From positions 1 through 64,000 of IMG/VR virus record IMGVR_UViG_3300048837_000398: a stretch of 64,000 bases of DNA. One strand, given 5' to 3'. The translations under genes were made by a program, and so were the position numbers. The notes under the pieces were generated by a model. That model worked only from the letters and a program-made list of their open reading frames with translations, was not told where the DNA came from and ran no database searches. This DNA is from a virus. Shown here one piece after another: positions 21,994 to 32,273 of this stretch (within the stretch, counting starts at the first letter, position 1; every line of letters begins with the position of its first letter).

Positions 21994-23060
21994 AAGGCTA
22001 ATCTAGAACTGTGATCCGGAGTGTCTTTGTAGAGGTTTAAGATTATGTCGTAGATGTCACCTTCTACGATCTTCGACTTTATTTCGCCCGTAGGAAAGTA
22101 CGAGTTGATCTTCAGACGCTCACCTTCTTTATAGAGTCTGATAATAAGTCCTTTCACGTGTAGAGCGACTAACGGCCCATCAGTACCGGATGCACAAGCA
22201 TCGCACATCAACTTCTTGTTAGAAGAGAGGTGCCACTTGTAGAGCACAGTACGTTCGATGGTCGCGTCTACTAAAAACTTGTCGTCGCAATATTCACACA
22301 CATGCTGTATGAAACGGCGCGTGCGATCTTCAGTGTTGAGGATTCTACATGGAGCAGAATCAACGACTTGATCTTGGACGCACTCTGGGCACATGTGAAG
22401 ACCCACTGTGCCAGGCTTGATGTGGCGATACTCTATTTCGTAGGTGTCGATAAGGTATGAACTCGTGCAGACTGGGCACCGAACTAGCTGTGACGCGCCC
22501 ATAATGTCGAGAGGCTCGTGAGCAGACTTACCGAAAGATACTTCACATTCTGTTCTGCACGATGCACACATACGCACAGTTCCACCAGTAAAATGGTCTG
22601 CATCACTTCTCACTGGAGTGTGGATGTGAGCGTAGTCTTCGAGAGCAGCTTCCTTACAGAAGTAACACGTCTTAGATGACGGTGAATCAGAGTGCTCGTA
22701 GTGATAGTCTACAGAGGCATCGAACTTACCGTAGCGATAGTAGGCTGTTAATCTAGCGGACGTAGTGTCTTCCATTTCGTCGAAGAGCCCGCCTTTAGCT
22801 TTGGGCCCATTTAAGTCGTTCTCCATGAGGAGTATATCTTCTGCGCAGTCCCAACAAGTGAACGTAGTGGTGAAGGTAGCCCCCACCGTCGCGCCCCTCA
22901 CAGCATATTTAACCAGAGGTTGTCCAGTGTGAGGGCTATCGCAGAAAACGCACATGTAAGACTTGTCTCCTCGCGGTTTAAAGTCGTCGATGTTCTTCGG
23001 AAGTATGAGTCCCTTAGAACTCAGGTAACGTTTTAGCGCTTCCTTCATGCCAGCTGACAT
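21990..23060 (-). CDS. Cys-rich multi-zinc-finger protein
   Basis: Eight CxxC pairs. C-terminal IYDIILNLY resembles the adjacent paralog family. Confidence 0.7.
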   Translation of the reverse strand: MSAGMKEALKRYLSSKGLILPKNIDDFKPRGDKSYMCVFCDSPHTGQPLVKYAVRGATVGATFTTTFTCWDCAEDILLMENDLNGPKAKGGLFDEMEDTTSARLTAYYRYGKFDASVDYHYEHSDSPSSKTCYFCKEAALEDYAHIHTPVRSDADHFTGGTVRMCASCRTECEVSFGKSAHEPLDIMGASQLVRCPVCTSSYLIDTYEIEYRHIKPGTVGLHMCPECVQDQVVDSAPCRILNTEDRTRRFIQHVCEYCDDKFLVDATIERTVLYKWHLSSNKKLMCDACASGTDGPLVALHVKGLIIRLYKEGERLKINSYFPTGEIKSKIVEGDIYDIILNLYKDTPDHSSRLAL

Positions 23061-24135
23061 TTTTTAAAGGTAAAGTTTTCTTTCGTACCCACTTCTCTTC
23101 TTGAGAGTCAGGTATATACAGATTTATAAAGAGAGCTTTCTTTCCCTCTTTGTGTCGCAGGATTCGACCTAACGACTGTATCTGTACGAGCTCTGTAGAG
23201 ACCGCTGACACGCAGATCGCACCATCAGCATCAGGTACGTTAAGTCCTTCAGTGAGTGCGTCTACAGAAATCAGCAGGTTAGAGTTCGCGAAGTCTTCGA
23301 GTACTTTAGCTCGCTCCTTAGTAGAAAGTTCAGAATGGTAAAGTAGCCCGCCGATTAGCTCGTGAAGTTCCTTCGCGAATTTGATAGACTTCGTAAAGAT
23401 AATTCATTTCTTGTTAGGGAACCGCTCGATGATTTCCTTTACCGCCCCCATTTTCTCTGGAGCATTGTAGAGCACTCCTTTGCGCAGTGTCATAGACGAC
23501 CAATACGCTTTGGCTTCGGACGAGTAGGGTCCATCACGTTTAGACTCGAAGCGAGCTAGATCGAATATGGACTTGTACGATGTCTCGCGCCACACACGTG
23601 CTAACTTGATGTTAGCAGCTTTAAACATGTTGTCGAAAGCTCGATAACGTGCTGAAGTAGTGCGATTCATCTTAACAGGGACGTTGAAAACTTGGTAGGG
23701 AGCTGATGCGTCTGGAGCATCGTCTATCGTCTTAGTGTAGACCACAGGTGCCTTAGACGTAAGGAAAGCGGCTCGCTCGTCAGAAGGTAGTGTCGCAGTT
23801 AAACAAAGTAAATACTTGTGCTTAATGTTGAATACCCTCGAGAAGGTAGGAGCAGTAGCTCGGTGCGCTTCGTCGATAACGAGAAGATCACACTCTAGAT
23901 CAGACTTGGCAGCCGTGTTAATTACGTAGACATCAGCTGGGACATCGCCAAGTTCATCTAGTCACTGCTTTACGAGTGGGACACGAGACGTAACTATGAT
24001 TGTCTTTCCGTTTACGACCTTAGCAGCCATTACTCCGAAGCGCGTCTTACCTAGGCCCGTACCAAGTAGTACAGTCCCACGTTTTTCAATTGACCACGCA
24101 GCTAAGGCCTCTTCTTGAATCTGTGTTTTAGTCAT
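23014..24135 (-). CDS. SF2 DEAH helicase (UvsW/Rad25-like), 2 in-frame TGA
   Basis: Motifs GTGLGKT, LVKQ*L (motif Ia LxxQW), VIDEAH, CLTAT, EGLNVP and QSLGRILR, joined in one frame across TGAs at 23962 and 23404. Confidence 0.9.
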
Positions 24136-24169
24136 CTTTTTTAAAATGGCCGGAGCCAAACTCTTTTGT

Positions 24170-25153
24170 CTAGCCCCGGCACTCTTCGCATACTATTTGT
24201 GAGTAGTCTAAATTTTGTCGCTTACATGAAGGGCACTCAAACTTAGAGTTCCTACATTCTTCACAAACTTCGTTGGGCGCATCTACTGGAGCTTTTTTAC
24301 ATCTCGAGCAAATGTACGGTGTACCAACATACGCTTCATCGAGGCAGTCAAAACACTGTCCTGTCTCCGTATCTGGGACTTCGTCAGCATTCTTCTTGCA
24401 GCTCGTGCAGATGCCTTTGCGTTTATATGCAGTACAGTCGTCACAAATTTGCTCTCCTCTGAACTCAGGCACGAACTTATCTTTGCATCCTGCACACGTA
24501 GGTAAGCACTCGTCACACTGCCACTGTCTAGAGGATGAAGCTATGAAGCTTTGGTCACAGTCCGCACAGTTTCGCTTCGATTCTCTATGCGCATTACACA
24601 GGTCTTCAGAAGAAGGTATGAAAGTGTCACAGAGTGCACACGTGTGTAGACTACGTAAGAAAGGAGATGTCGAACGTTTGAGTGCTTCTTCAGTGAAGCA
24701 CGTCTGACAATAACCTTCTTTGTTACGTATCCTATAGAGTTTACAGGAAACGCATTCACCAGCACGGAGCGTATCTTTAGGATATTCGTGCCAGTTCTTA
24801 GAGAAGGTGCAAGTTACGCACACACCATTGGTCAGCGTAACATCGACAGACGATTTACATTCGAGGCAAACCGTTGGCGTACGCTTTTCGCAATCAGGGC
24901 ATAGCAAAACCCATTTAGTCTGCTTGAGCGGTCGCACACAATCTCTGCACATACCTTCAGCATTGACCCAATCTTGGTTAGTGCAGTCCTTACACGTGTT
25001 TTGTTCGTGCGCCTGGAACGGTACGATGAACGTCGTGAACTTCTTGCGTAACAAGGAACTGCTTACTTGCTCGAGGCATACTTCACATTCCTGAAGTGGA
25101 CCGGCTGTGTTAAACTTACAACCCTCTTTAGAGCACGATCTTGGAGTGTCCAA
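24170..25153 (-). CDS. Extremely Cys-rich poly-zinc-ribbon protein
   Basis: About 20 CxxC pairs arranged as CxxC-x(8-12)-CxxC units over 327 aa. Confidence 0.75.
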   Translation of the reverse strand: MDTPRSCSKEGCKFNTAGPLQECEVCLEQVSSSLLRKKFTTFIVPFQAHEQNTCKDCTNQDWVNAEGMCRDCVRPLKQTKWVLLCPDCEKRTPTVCLECKSSVDVTLTNGVCVTCTFSKNWHEYPKDTLRAGECVSCKLYRIRNKEGYCQTCFTEEALKRSTSPFLRSLHTCALCDTFIPSSEDLCNAHRESKRNCADCDQSFIASSSRQWQCDECLPTCAGCKDKFVPEFRGEQICDDCTAYKRKGICTSCKKNADEVPDTETGQCFDCLDEAYVGTPYICSRCKKAPVDAPNEVCEECRNSKFECPSCKRQNLDYSQIVCEECRG

Positions 25154-25185
25154 GTAATGCTCGCAAGTGGGGTCTACACAGCCGT

Positions 25186-26298
25186 CTATCCGTTTTTTGC
25201 TTTGAGAGTCATTCCTAAGCCGCCATTGCGTGGGGATTTACGTAACGACTCGATGATCTTGGCGTCGAGAGCGACTTTCTCTGTTTTATCCTTGCCAGAT
25301 GATTTCCATTTCTCGATCTCGAGAATGATGTTGCCGAGTGACTGCGCGATATCGCTCTGGTTCTCGAGCTTGAGATCCTTATTATTGAGAACCTTGAGCG
25401 CACTCTTGCGAACACTCTCGAGGTGGTCATCTTCGTAACCCAGGAACTTGAGGATTGTGCGCAGGACTTCGGATGAAGCCTCTTCTTTAGGTTCCTCCTT
25501 TTTAGCGTCCTTCTCCTCTTTCTTCGAATCTTTGGACTCCTCTTTCTTAGGCGACTCCTCTTTCTTAGGCGACTCCTCTTTCTTAGGGTCAGTGGCCTGG
25601 TCTGAATTTAGCACATCTCGAGTAGACTCGCGTCTCGAGCGCGCGATCTTAAGTGCTTCCCACATTACGAGAAGAATATGTACGAGGGTGCCGCCAAGAG
25701 TAGCAATCATGATACCATCTAGCTCCTGGAAGCTAGAGTACGTTGCGATGTCGAACCCGTTTCCATAGACCTCTGCATGATACGAGCGCATCGTACGAAT
25801 GTGTAAGGACGAGAGAATCCTGTGCCAGAGGAGAGATACATGATTGATCTGGTTCAAGTTATTCGCAATGACGATTAGGTTGAGGATCGGCGTAAAGAAC
25901 GTAAGAAAGAACGTTATCGCTACTAATCCAATCGAAATAAAGGCATCAGTAACCGATTTAGCTTTGACGGCAGACGCAAAATTATTGATTTCTTTTATCC
26001 ACACCATTCCGGCGAAGACAGAAAGTAGGCCCATTACGGAGTGCATGAGCATTCGCGCTAGTGGGGAGACTTCAGACGATGCGAACGACGCCGCAAGAAT
26101 TGCTTCAGCAACGTTAATAGCTAGTAGAAAGGTAAAGAACCAGGACATTGGGTAGGCAATCATAAGTTCGCCTATTACAAGCCCTATCTCTTTTCCTTTG
26201 TTTTTCGGGTCCTTCATCAGTTTACCGATGAAGAAAGCGAGTGCAATGATAAACCCCACTCCGAGAAGTAAGATTATCACTTGGTTGGTAAGAACCAT
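25186..26298 (-). CDS. Polytopic membrane protein with charged repeat tail
   Basis: About 5 TM helices followed by (PKKEES)x3. Confidence 0.75.
   Translation of the reverse strand: MVLTNQVIILLLGVGFIIALAFFIGKLMKDPKNKGKEIGLVIGELMIAYPMSWFFTFLLAINVAEAILAASFASSEVSPLARMLMHSVMGLLSVFAGMVWIKEINNFASAVKAKSVTDAFISIGLVAITFFLTFFTPILNLIVIANNLNQINHVSLLWHRILSSLHIRTMRSYHAEVYGNGFDIATYSSFQELDGIMIATLGGTLVHILLVMWEALKIARSRRESTRDVLNSDQATDPKKEESPKKEESPKKEESKDSKKEEKDAKKEEPKEEASSEVLRTILKFLGYEDDHLESVRKSALKVLNNKDLKLENQSDIAQSLGNIILEIEKWKSSGKDKTEKVALDAKIIESLRKSPRNGGLGMTLKAKNG
25534..25587 (-). repeat. Three 18-bp tandem repeats encoding PKKEES
   Basis: GACTCCTCTTTCTTAGGC repeated on the + strand. Confidence 0.85.
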
Positions 26299-26299
26299 T

Positions 26300-28126
26300 T
26301 TATTTATTCCAGATTTTCGTTACTACTGATTCTGCAGGTATCACTAAGTCAGAGTAAACTGACGCAGCTTCTACCATACAGCGTTCGAGAATGTCTTTCA
26401 CGTAGGGCGCATCCTCTTCTTTACATAGGAGAATCCATTCGTCGTGCACTAGTAAGATTATTTCGAACTTCGAAGAATACTTGCGAAGTAGTACACCAGC
26501 AAGCTTCGATATTGAGGCTCCGTTGCCTTGTGGGCGATAGTTCTGAGCCTTTCTCTGGTATTCGGCCCTTAGAGTTTTGTAAGTAGAGTGGTAGGTCGGT
26601 ACGTCTAAGTGTAGATGACGCTCGCAAAACTTAAAAATATCCCACTTAGGTAGGTATGAGCGGCGTTTGACGATGTTATCGATAAGTATGTAGCCTCGTT
26701 CGCGAGCTAAGTCTCCTTGCTCTTCGAAGTATGCTTTCAGACGCGGATAGACTTCGAAGTAACGCTTGACAAGATCTTTAGCGCGGTCGAGCCGAACTTT
26801 GTAGCGTTGATGTATAGTAGCAGCTCCACCACCAAAAGCAATAGCGAACCCCGTGTTCTTAGCTAGCTTTCTTTCGGGTGACTCTTTAGTTAGCGTAGGA
26901 TCTCCAAAAGCTTTCTTAGCAGTCTCTAAGTGATAGTCTAGACCGTCGTAAAACATCTGGAGAAATGTAGGATCTTGCGAAAGATGAGCGAGAAGACGTG
27001 CTTCTTGTTGCGAGTAGTCAGCTACTACGAAAGTGTAGCCTTCAGGGGCTTCGAATGCTGCTCGATACTCCTTATCGTTCGGTATATTCTGTAAGTTAGG
27101 AGTACCTGATGAAGTACGTCCTGTATCCTTTATCTGGAAGAGTGAAGTATGGATACGCCCTGTAGCAGGATTAACGTGATCTAAGAAAGCTTCCCCATAC
27201 GTAGAGCTCTGCTTAGAGGTAGCCTTGTAATCGAGATAGAGCTTGACTAGTGAGTCAGTAACGTCTGCAAGCACTGTCTTAGAGACCGACTCTTTGATTG
27301 TGCCCGTCTTCTTGTCGAAGAACTCGATAGGAATAGAGCGCTCTTTAAAGACTTTAGACACTTGTTGCCACGAATTTCAGTTGATAGGAGCGATCTCGTT
27401 AAGAAGGGAGAGTTGGTGGGCTGCCTTCTCTCGAGCTTTGGACGCTAGCTTCAGCCATGCTGATTGATTGATAGGCATACCGTTTATCGAGATGTCTGCC
27501 GCTACCTTGAGGAAGTCGTTCTCGAGTGCAGCCGTCTTAGTTAGCTCGGCCTCTTCTAATAGTGTGGAGAGTATGGGGTAGAGTGCGTACGCAAAATAGA
27601 CGTCGAATGCTGCATATATCAGATGCTCAGTAGTAAGCTCGTCGAAATTAGCGAAAGAGTCCCTAACCTTCTTAGTTACGTGCGGCGTGCCTATATACGT
27701 TTGAGACGAATATGCGTACGGATCGTAATAACGGCGTGTAGTAGACTCGAGCGTAAAGTGCCCTTTCTTAACAGGCAGCCCACACTCTAAGATTTGAGCG
27801 GCTAGCATCGTGTCGAACAGATTCTCTATCTTGAGTCCGAAAGTGTGAAAAATTACTTGATAGTCGTACGAAAGATTGTGCCCGATTATCAGGTTGTTGT
27901 TCTTTATTAGTAGCCCGATGAGTGACTTAGCTTCTTCGTAGTGTGTGACTGCGTTGATGACATACTGCCGAGTATTGTCGCCAATCTGCAGTAAGACGAC
28001 AGAATGGTTCTTAGTCTCTGTATCGAGGGAAAGCCTGGGCGTCTTTCGCACCCAGGCCTTAGCTTTCAAGAAGTCACTTGGTGTATCGAGGAGAATAACC
28101 TCTAGAAGAGGAGTTGTAATTGACAT
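26300..28126 (-). CDS. polA: Family A DNA polymerase with 3'-5' exonuclease (in-frame TGA at 27377-27379)
   Basis: Exonuclease motifs LDTET, GHNLSYD and YAAFDV; IN*NSWQQV; polymerase motifs DYSQQE, RKLAKNTGF and VHDE. Confidence 0.93.
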
Positions 28127-28241
28127 CGGTCGTTGTCTTAGTAGGTGGACGATTTTTCTTTGGGGGAGGAGAGGGCGCACGCTCTAGTCTACGAATGGAG
28201 AGCAAAGATACGATAACTACTAACGCCATTAGGTAATACAT

Positions 28242-28559
28242 CTAATAAATTTGTTTGCCGTCAACAGATAAGAACACATCATCTAGGCCTTTGCGGGGTG
28301 CGGGCTTTTCGAGATTAGACTTCTTTCCTCTTTTTAAAAGGAACGCAATCTTAGCCACTCGAACATGTTGGTCAGTCCGCACTCGCCACAACTCCCAAGT
28401 GTATATGCGCTGTTTAGAAGGACAAGCAGATTCAGTTAAAATGAAAGGAAGCCCATCCGAGACTTTCTCGATGAGCTCCCCTTCTGTGTATTCCCCTATC
28501 CGTCTTTGCCAGTCGGTGTAAAGTTTTACTTTTACACCCTTTTTTGGTTTGTTACGCAT
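28242..28559 (-). CDS. Hypothetical protein
   Basis: ORF in operon context. Confidence 0.55.
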   Translation of the reverse strand: MRNKPKKGVKVKLYTDWQRRIGEYTEGELIEKVSDGLPFILTESACPSKQRIYTWELWRVRTDQHVRVAKIAFLLKRGKKSNLEKPAPRKGLDDVFLSVDGKQIY

Positions 28560-29161
28560 AGATGTATATGGTCACCTGTGGCTTCGGGGTTAAAAAAGAC
28601 GAACTCTTTGGTCGGGCCCTTCAAGTATTTTGCTACCTTCTTTGAGCCGGGCTTCCCCTCGATGTAAAACATGAGGTTGTGGTCCTTTATCCATTGAGCG
28701 CCTTCTGAAGACAGAAGCCACTGTACCAAGTTGTCAGATAATTCGAAGTCAGCTGCTTTGCCATGATAGTGGGCTGAGGCCTTGTTTGTGTGGCGGCGTA
28801 GAGAGTTGATCTTTACGGTAGGCCCACTATAGGTGGCAAGTGCTGACTTGAACGTGTTACAAATAGTAGTATCCACTGGAGTGTAGAGCAGGAACCCAAA
28901 GAAGGTCCCCTCTGAGCATCATTTCCTTTTCTTAGAAGCTGCTTTCCACGGGTGGATATTCAGAAGTGTGTCTATCTGACGCGATTGATACTGCATCAGT
29001 GACCGGAGCGTGTCTTGTGAATTGTTCAACCGATCTACTTCAGACTGCAGATATTGCAGCTTAGAAGCGTTCCAGTTGATTACGTGGTCTACCGTTGTTT
29101 TGGTGAAGTAGCCAAGAGCGAATAGACCAATCACAAGCAACGCTCGTTTGACATTTTCCAT
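28532..29161 (-). CDS. Membrane-anchored peptidase M15-like cell wall hydrolase (in-frame TGA at 28919-28921)
   Basis: TM helix and coiled coil (29161-28922) are in frame with a domain carrying INSLRR, SAHYHGKAADF and DHIHL. Confidence 0.75.
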
Positions 29162-29228
29162 ATATTATATGTTAAATGTTCGATAAGTGTGGTGATTACG
29201 AGGACCACACTAGTATGAGTCTTATCCT

Positions 29229-29543
29229 TTAATAGAGCAGGCGCATTGCCTTATCTATCCACGTAAATTCGACGACCTGAGCTTTTTCTGTGTTGTGGTT
29301 GATCGGAACAAAAGGTTCGATCACTACGTCATCAGAGAGCGAAAGATTCCCTACTATCTTGCCTCGTTTTATGAAGGCTCTTTTATAGAGAAGCGCTCGG
29401 CCCAGTTTATTCGCAGTTCATTGGAGACCGTAAGGGGAGTAAGAGACGTTTAGCGCGTACTTATCCTTCTTCCTGCGGAGTACCCATAGCTTCTTCGCTG
29501 CTATATGGGCAATTAGTTCTGGTGTGATTTCTCGAATTACCAT
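29229..29543 (-). CDS. Hypothetical protein (in-frame TGA at 29418-29420; absent from ORF track)
   Basis: MVIREITPEL...YGLQ*TANKLG...AMRLLY* fills an otherwise empty 300-bp gap. Confidence 0.6.
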
Positions 29544-29958
29544 GCTTTACTTGTAGTACCTCATCATATTCGATGGGTAGGTGAACGTTAGTGATTTTTT
29601 CTTCGTAGACTCTTTCGAAGAGAAGCGCGATTTGCACCTTTTTGTAGTAGGTGTCTAGCAGCTCCACCTTAAAGATCTCGGTGGATGCCTTAGCGATATC
29701 CAGCAAGGTGTCAACATAGTGTCGCAGCTCGATAAGCTTAAGATACTTGTTGTCGAGGCCTTTCGTAGGAAGCGCGTAAGTGTTTCCACGTCGTCCCATT
29801 GCTGTTCCATCGACCGCTCCATATTCGAGTACCGTTGTTGGTGTGTAGCCAGCTAGTGAGCTCGAGAAAACTAAGATCTCATTCTCACCTACTTCGCTAG
29901 ACGTCAGCGGTGTCGTTAATTGGAGTTCAAAGTTAGACGTTTTTTTTGACATATCCAA
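29461..29958 (-). CDS. Phage macro-like protein ('IFVFGSNLAG...G..YAIPT' family)
   Basis: EILVFSSSLAG...YGAVDG...GRRGNTYALPTK. Confidence 0.55.
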   Translation of the reverse strand: MDMSKKTSNFELQLTTPLTSSEVGENEILVFSSSLAGYTPTTVLEYGAVDGTAMGRRGNTYALPTKGLDNKYLKLIELRHYVDTLLDIAKASTEIFKVELLDTYYKKVQIALLFERVYEEKITNVHLPIEYDEVLQVKHGNSRNHTRTNCPYSSEEAMGTPQEEG

Positions 29959-29991
29959 CCTTTTGGCTAACTATTTGTTAAAAAATATTTT

Positions 29992-30618
29992 TCAGAGCTC
30001 AGGGACTTCCGAAAAGTTCGGCTTTTCCTCGACTACTTTGTTGTGTTCACCTCTTGTGAGTGGGGCGATTGGTCGATTAGCGAGCTCCTCAACGAGGGCT
30101 TCGTTGTCTCGAATTCGCTGACGATACAGCTTGTGGACGATACGATAGAAATCGACGTCATCAGGCATTTCGATGAGTCCGCTAACGTGTGAGCTCAGGA
30201 AGTTGCGCCCAGATCCGTTCTCGAACAGAGCCTTCTTGTCGTCTTTAACAGGAAGCAACTCTCCTTCTTCGTAGCAGATCTTACCACCTAGCACAGAGTC
30301 CCAAAGGAGAAGCGCAGAAGTGCCGATACCAACCATCGGTATCTTTTTCTGGATGTACCACTGAAGAGAGTAGACTCGGAATGCTTCGTACCACTGGTCT
30401 TGGCCAGGTACGGCTGGTGGAGTCTTAAATGTCGGGTAGAATCCTGATGTCGTGCAATTGATTCCGCCCGTGTCGAGCAAGATGAGAACGTCTACGTTGA
30501 CCCGTTTATGTGGATTAATAGAGAAGGCGTTATCGCCCTCCATCAAGAATAGTAGCTTGAGACGATGCTCCTCAGCTAGAAGAGCAGGATTTGACGCAGT
30601 TAAAAGTCCTATGGTCAT
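29992..30618 (-). CDS. Class I glutamine amidotransferase-like protein, catalytic Cys absent
   Basis: DVLILLDTGG and KKIPMVGIGTSA (canonical PxxGIC). Confidence 0.5.
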   Translation of the reverse strand: MTIGLLTASNPALLAEEHRLKLLFLMEGDNAFSINPHKRVNVDVLILLDTGGINCTTSGFYPTFKTPPAVPGQDQWYEAFRVYSLQWYIQKKIPMVGIGTSALLLWDSVLGGKICYEEGELLPVKDDKKALFENGSGRNFLSSHVSGLIEMPDDVDFYRIVHKLYRQRIRDNEALVEELANRPIAPLTRGEHNKVVEEKPNFSEVPEL

Positions 30619-30965
30619 CGTTTCTTGTTTCGTGCTGTGAGGTAGCGGTTAAGCGCTTTACCTAAGGTCTCTACAAAAGACATTGTAGCAGCTTCTCCAG
30701 CTATTTTTACGAAGTACGGACGTTCCCCTCGCTTGAGATCGCGTATGACCATTACCTTACCTGACAGGATGATCTGGTGCATCGTACCAGTAGTCAGGTC
30801 AGTATGTGAGTACTCGTAAGCGACACCATCAGTGCGTTGTAGGTGCACGAACACGTCGCTCCATGTGGGCCTACGGTCGTATGAGACGCAGAAGATATCG
30901 TTATCCCACAGCTTTTTCCAGATTGCTTTTGGCACTTGACGCCTTAGCATCAACTTCTGCAACAT
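30615..30965 (-). CDS. Hypothetical protein
   Basis: ATGA overlap with the next gene. Confidence 0.6.
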   Translation of the reverse strand: MLQKLMLRRQVPKAIWKKLWDNDIFCVSYDRRPTWSDVFVHLQRTDGVAYEYSHTDLTTGTMHQIILSGKVMVIRDLKRGERPYFVKIAGEAATMSFVETLGKALNRYLTARNKKR

Positions 30966-31356
30966 AGGTCTTCAGTTTAACAGTAAAAGATATTATCGCG
31001 AGCTCGAGAGCTCTGTGCATGTGGTAGTGGTAGATGCACACAGGTAGGACATCAGCATCCTGTAAGGAGTAGCGAACTTCTACACTGTTGAAGTAAGGCC
31101 GGGCAACCCATAGGCGCCCATCTTTACGCAGTTCGAAGCTAATTCGCGCTAAGTCCCAATACATCTCGAGGAGCTCTCTAAAGGTAGAGCACCTTGGCAT
31201 GAGTGCAGACGGTAGTTGGCTTTCGCCCCAATCGGGCTTTAGCTCTCGTTCGCAAATAATAAGTGACACTGACTCCCACCGTGAGTGTTTCATGTTGTTT
31301 GATTGCGGAGCGTCGCAGTGCTTTGATTTGAGCTTTTCGGCCCACCTCTTTAGCAC
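30901..31356 (-). CDS. Hypothetical protein (start uncertain)
   Basis: ORF in operon context. Confidence 0.5.
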   Translation of the reverse strand: MLKRWAEKLKSKHCDAPQSNNMKHSRWESVSLIICERELKPDWGESQLPSALMPRCSTFRELLEMYWDLARISFELRKDGRLWVARPYFNSVEVRYSLQDADVLPVCIYHYHMHRALELAIISFTVKLKTYVAEVDAKASSAKSNLEKAVG

Positions 31357-31450
31357 GATTAAATTTATCGATAGGTAACTGTTCTTGTATGTCTTCGTGA
31401 AGATCGTACAGATCCTCTAGGTATTGTTCTACTAACTTCCAACGGTCCAT
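31178..31450 (-). CDS. Hypothetical protein
   Basis: TAATG overlap with the upstream gene. Confidence 0.5.
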   Translation of the reverse strand: MDRWKLVEQYLEDLYDLHEDIQEQLPIDKFNRAKEVGRKAQIKALRRSAIKQHETLTVGVSVTYYLRTRAKARLGRKPTTVCTHAKVLYL

Positions 31451-31671
31451 TATCGCGAGGTTGTTACCTTGTAATTATACGTCGAATCGTTCGTGAAGGT
31501 GATCTCGATGACCACTTTCTTCGGCTTGAGTTTCTGTTGTTCCCAGATGACGGAGCCCGGTATAATAACCAGGTCCTCCTTCTTTTCTTGACGAAGCATG
31601 GGCATGTAGGACGTATCTTCTTGAGAGCATCCTACGAACAGCAGTGCTAGTATTACTAGTAATTTCCGCAT
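31450..31671 (-). CDS. Putative lipoprotein
   Basis: MRKLLVILALLFVGC lipobox. Confidence 0.6.
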   Translation of the reverse strand: MRKLLVILALLFVGCSQEDTSYMPMLRQEKKEDLVIIPGSVIWEQQKLKPKKVVIEITFTNDSTYNYKVTTSR

Positions 31672-32273
31672 TTGTATTTGAAATACTGGTGAGGAGTAAT
31701 TTTCGGAGGGATACTTTTAGGTATAGGTAGAGTAGCCATAAAGACGTTGACTACGTAGTCAATCTTCCTCAGGGTTATGTTCGGCTTGAGCAGCTCAATA
31801 CAACGTGTTGCATCCGATATCACTGCAGCTGGGTCAGTGAATATCTTGAATGCATCTAGCCGTTGGATAGGCGCTCGCTTCGATACTATAGACGCTTGCC
31901 AATACAGGTCTTTAGGCACGTGCTCTTGGCGAAGCATTGAAAAAGCCTCTTCGTCTGAGACGATAGAGGTGTAGAATGCGGACGAGGGGATATACAGATG
32001 AGCCTCCTTCTTAGAGAAAGCTTCAAGGATAGAGTCGAACACACGATCGCGCGATTCACGATCTTCGAAACGAATAGAGCGCATCACTCCCTTAGGAGTA
32101 AGGCACCCAATCGCTGGATGACTCTTTAGTGGTCGCTTGACCAGAAAGTCGTCATCCTTGTGCACTCGTATTACGCCTTCGAGCTGAGTAACAACTATGT
32201 TACCAGATTTCAGGCCGTAAGTGTGAGGGAATATGATTAACATATGAACGTATGATCTAAGATTAACTCGCAA
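31656..32273 (-). CDS. Hypothetical protein
   Basis: 205-aa ORF in operon context. Confidence 0.6.
   Translation of the reverse strand: MRVNLRSYVHMLIIFPHTYGLKSGNIVVTQLEGVIRVHKDDDFLVKRPLKSHPAIGCLTPKGVMRSIRFEDRESRDRVFDSILEAFSKKEAHLYIPSSAFYTSIVSDEEAFSMLRQEHVPKDLYWQASIVSKRAPIQRLDAFKIFTDPAAVISDATRCIELLKPNITLRKIDYVVNVFMATLPIPKSIPPKITPHQYFKYKCGNY

Noticed and set aside
25534-25587. Short tandem repeats here and at about 61034-61084 as CRISPR arrays
   Set aside because: They have no spacers and are in-frame peptide repeats. No cas genes are present.
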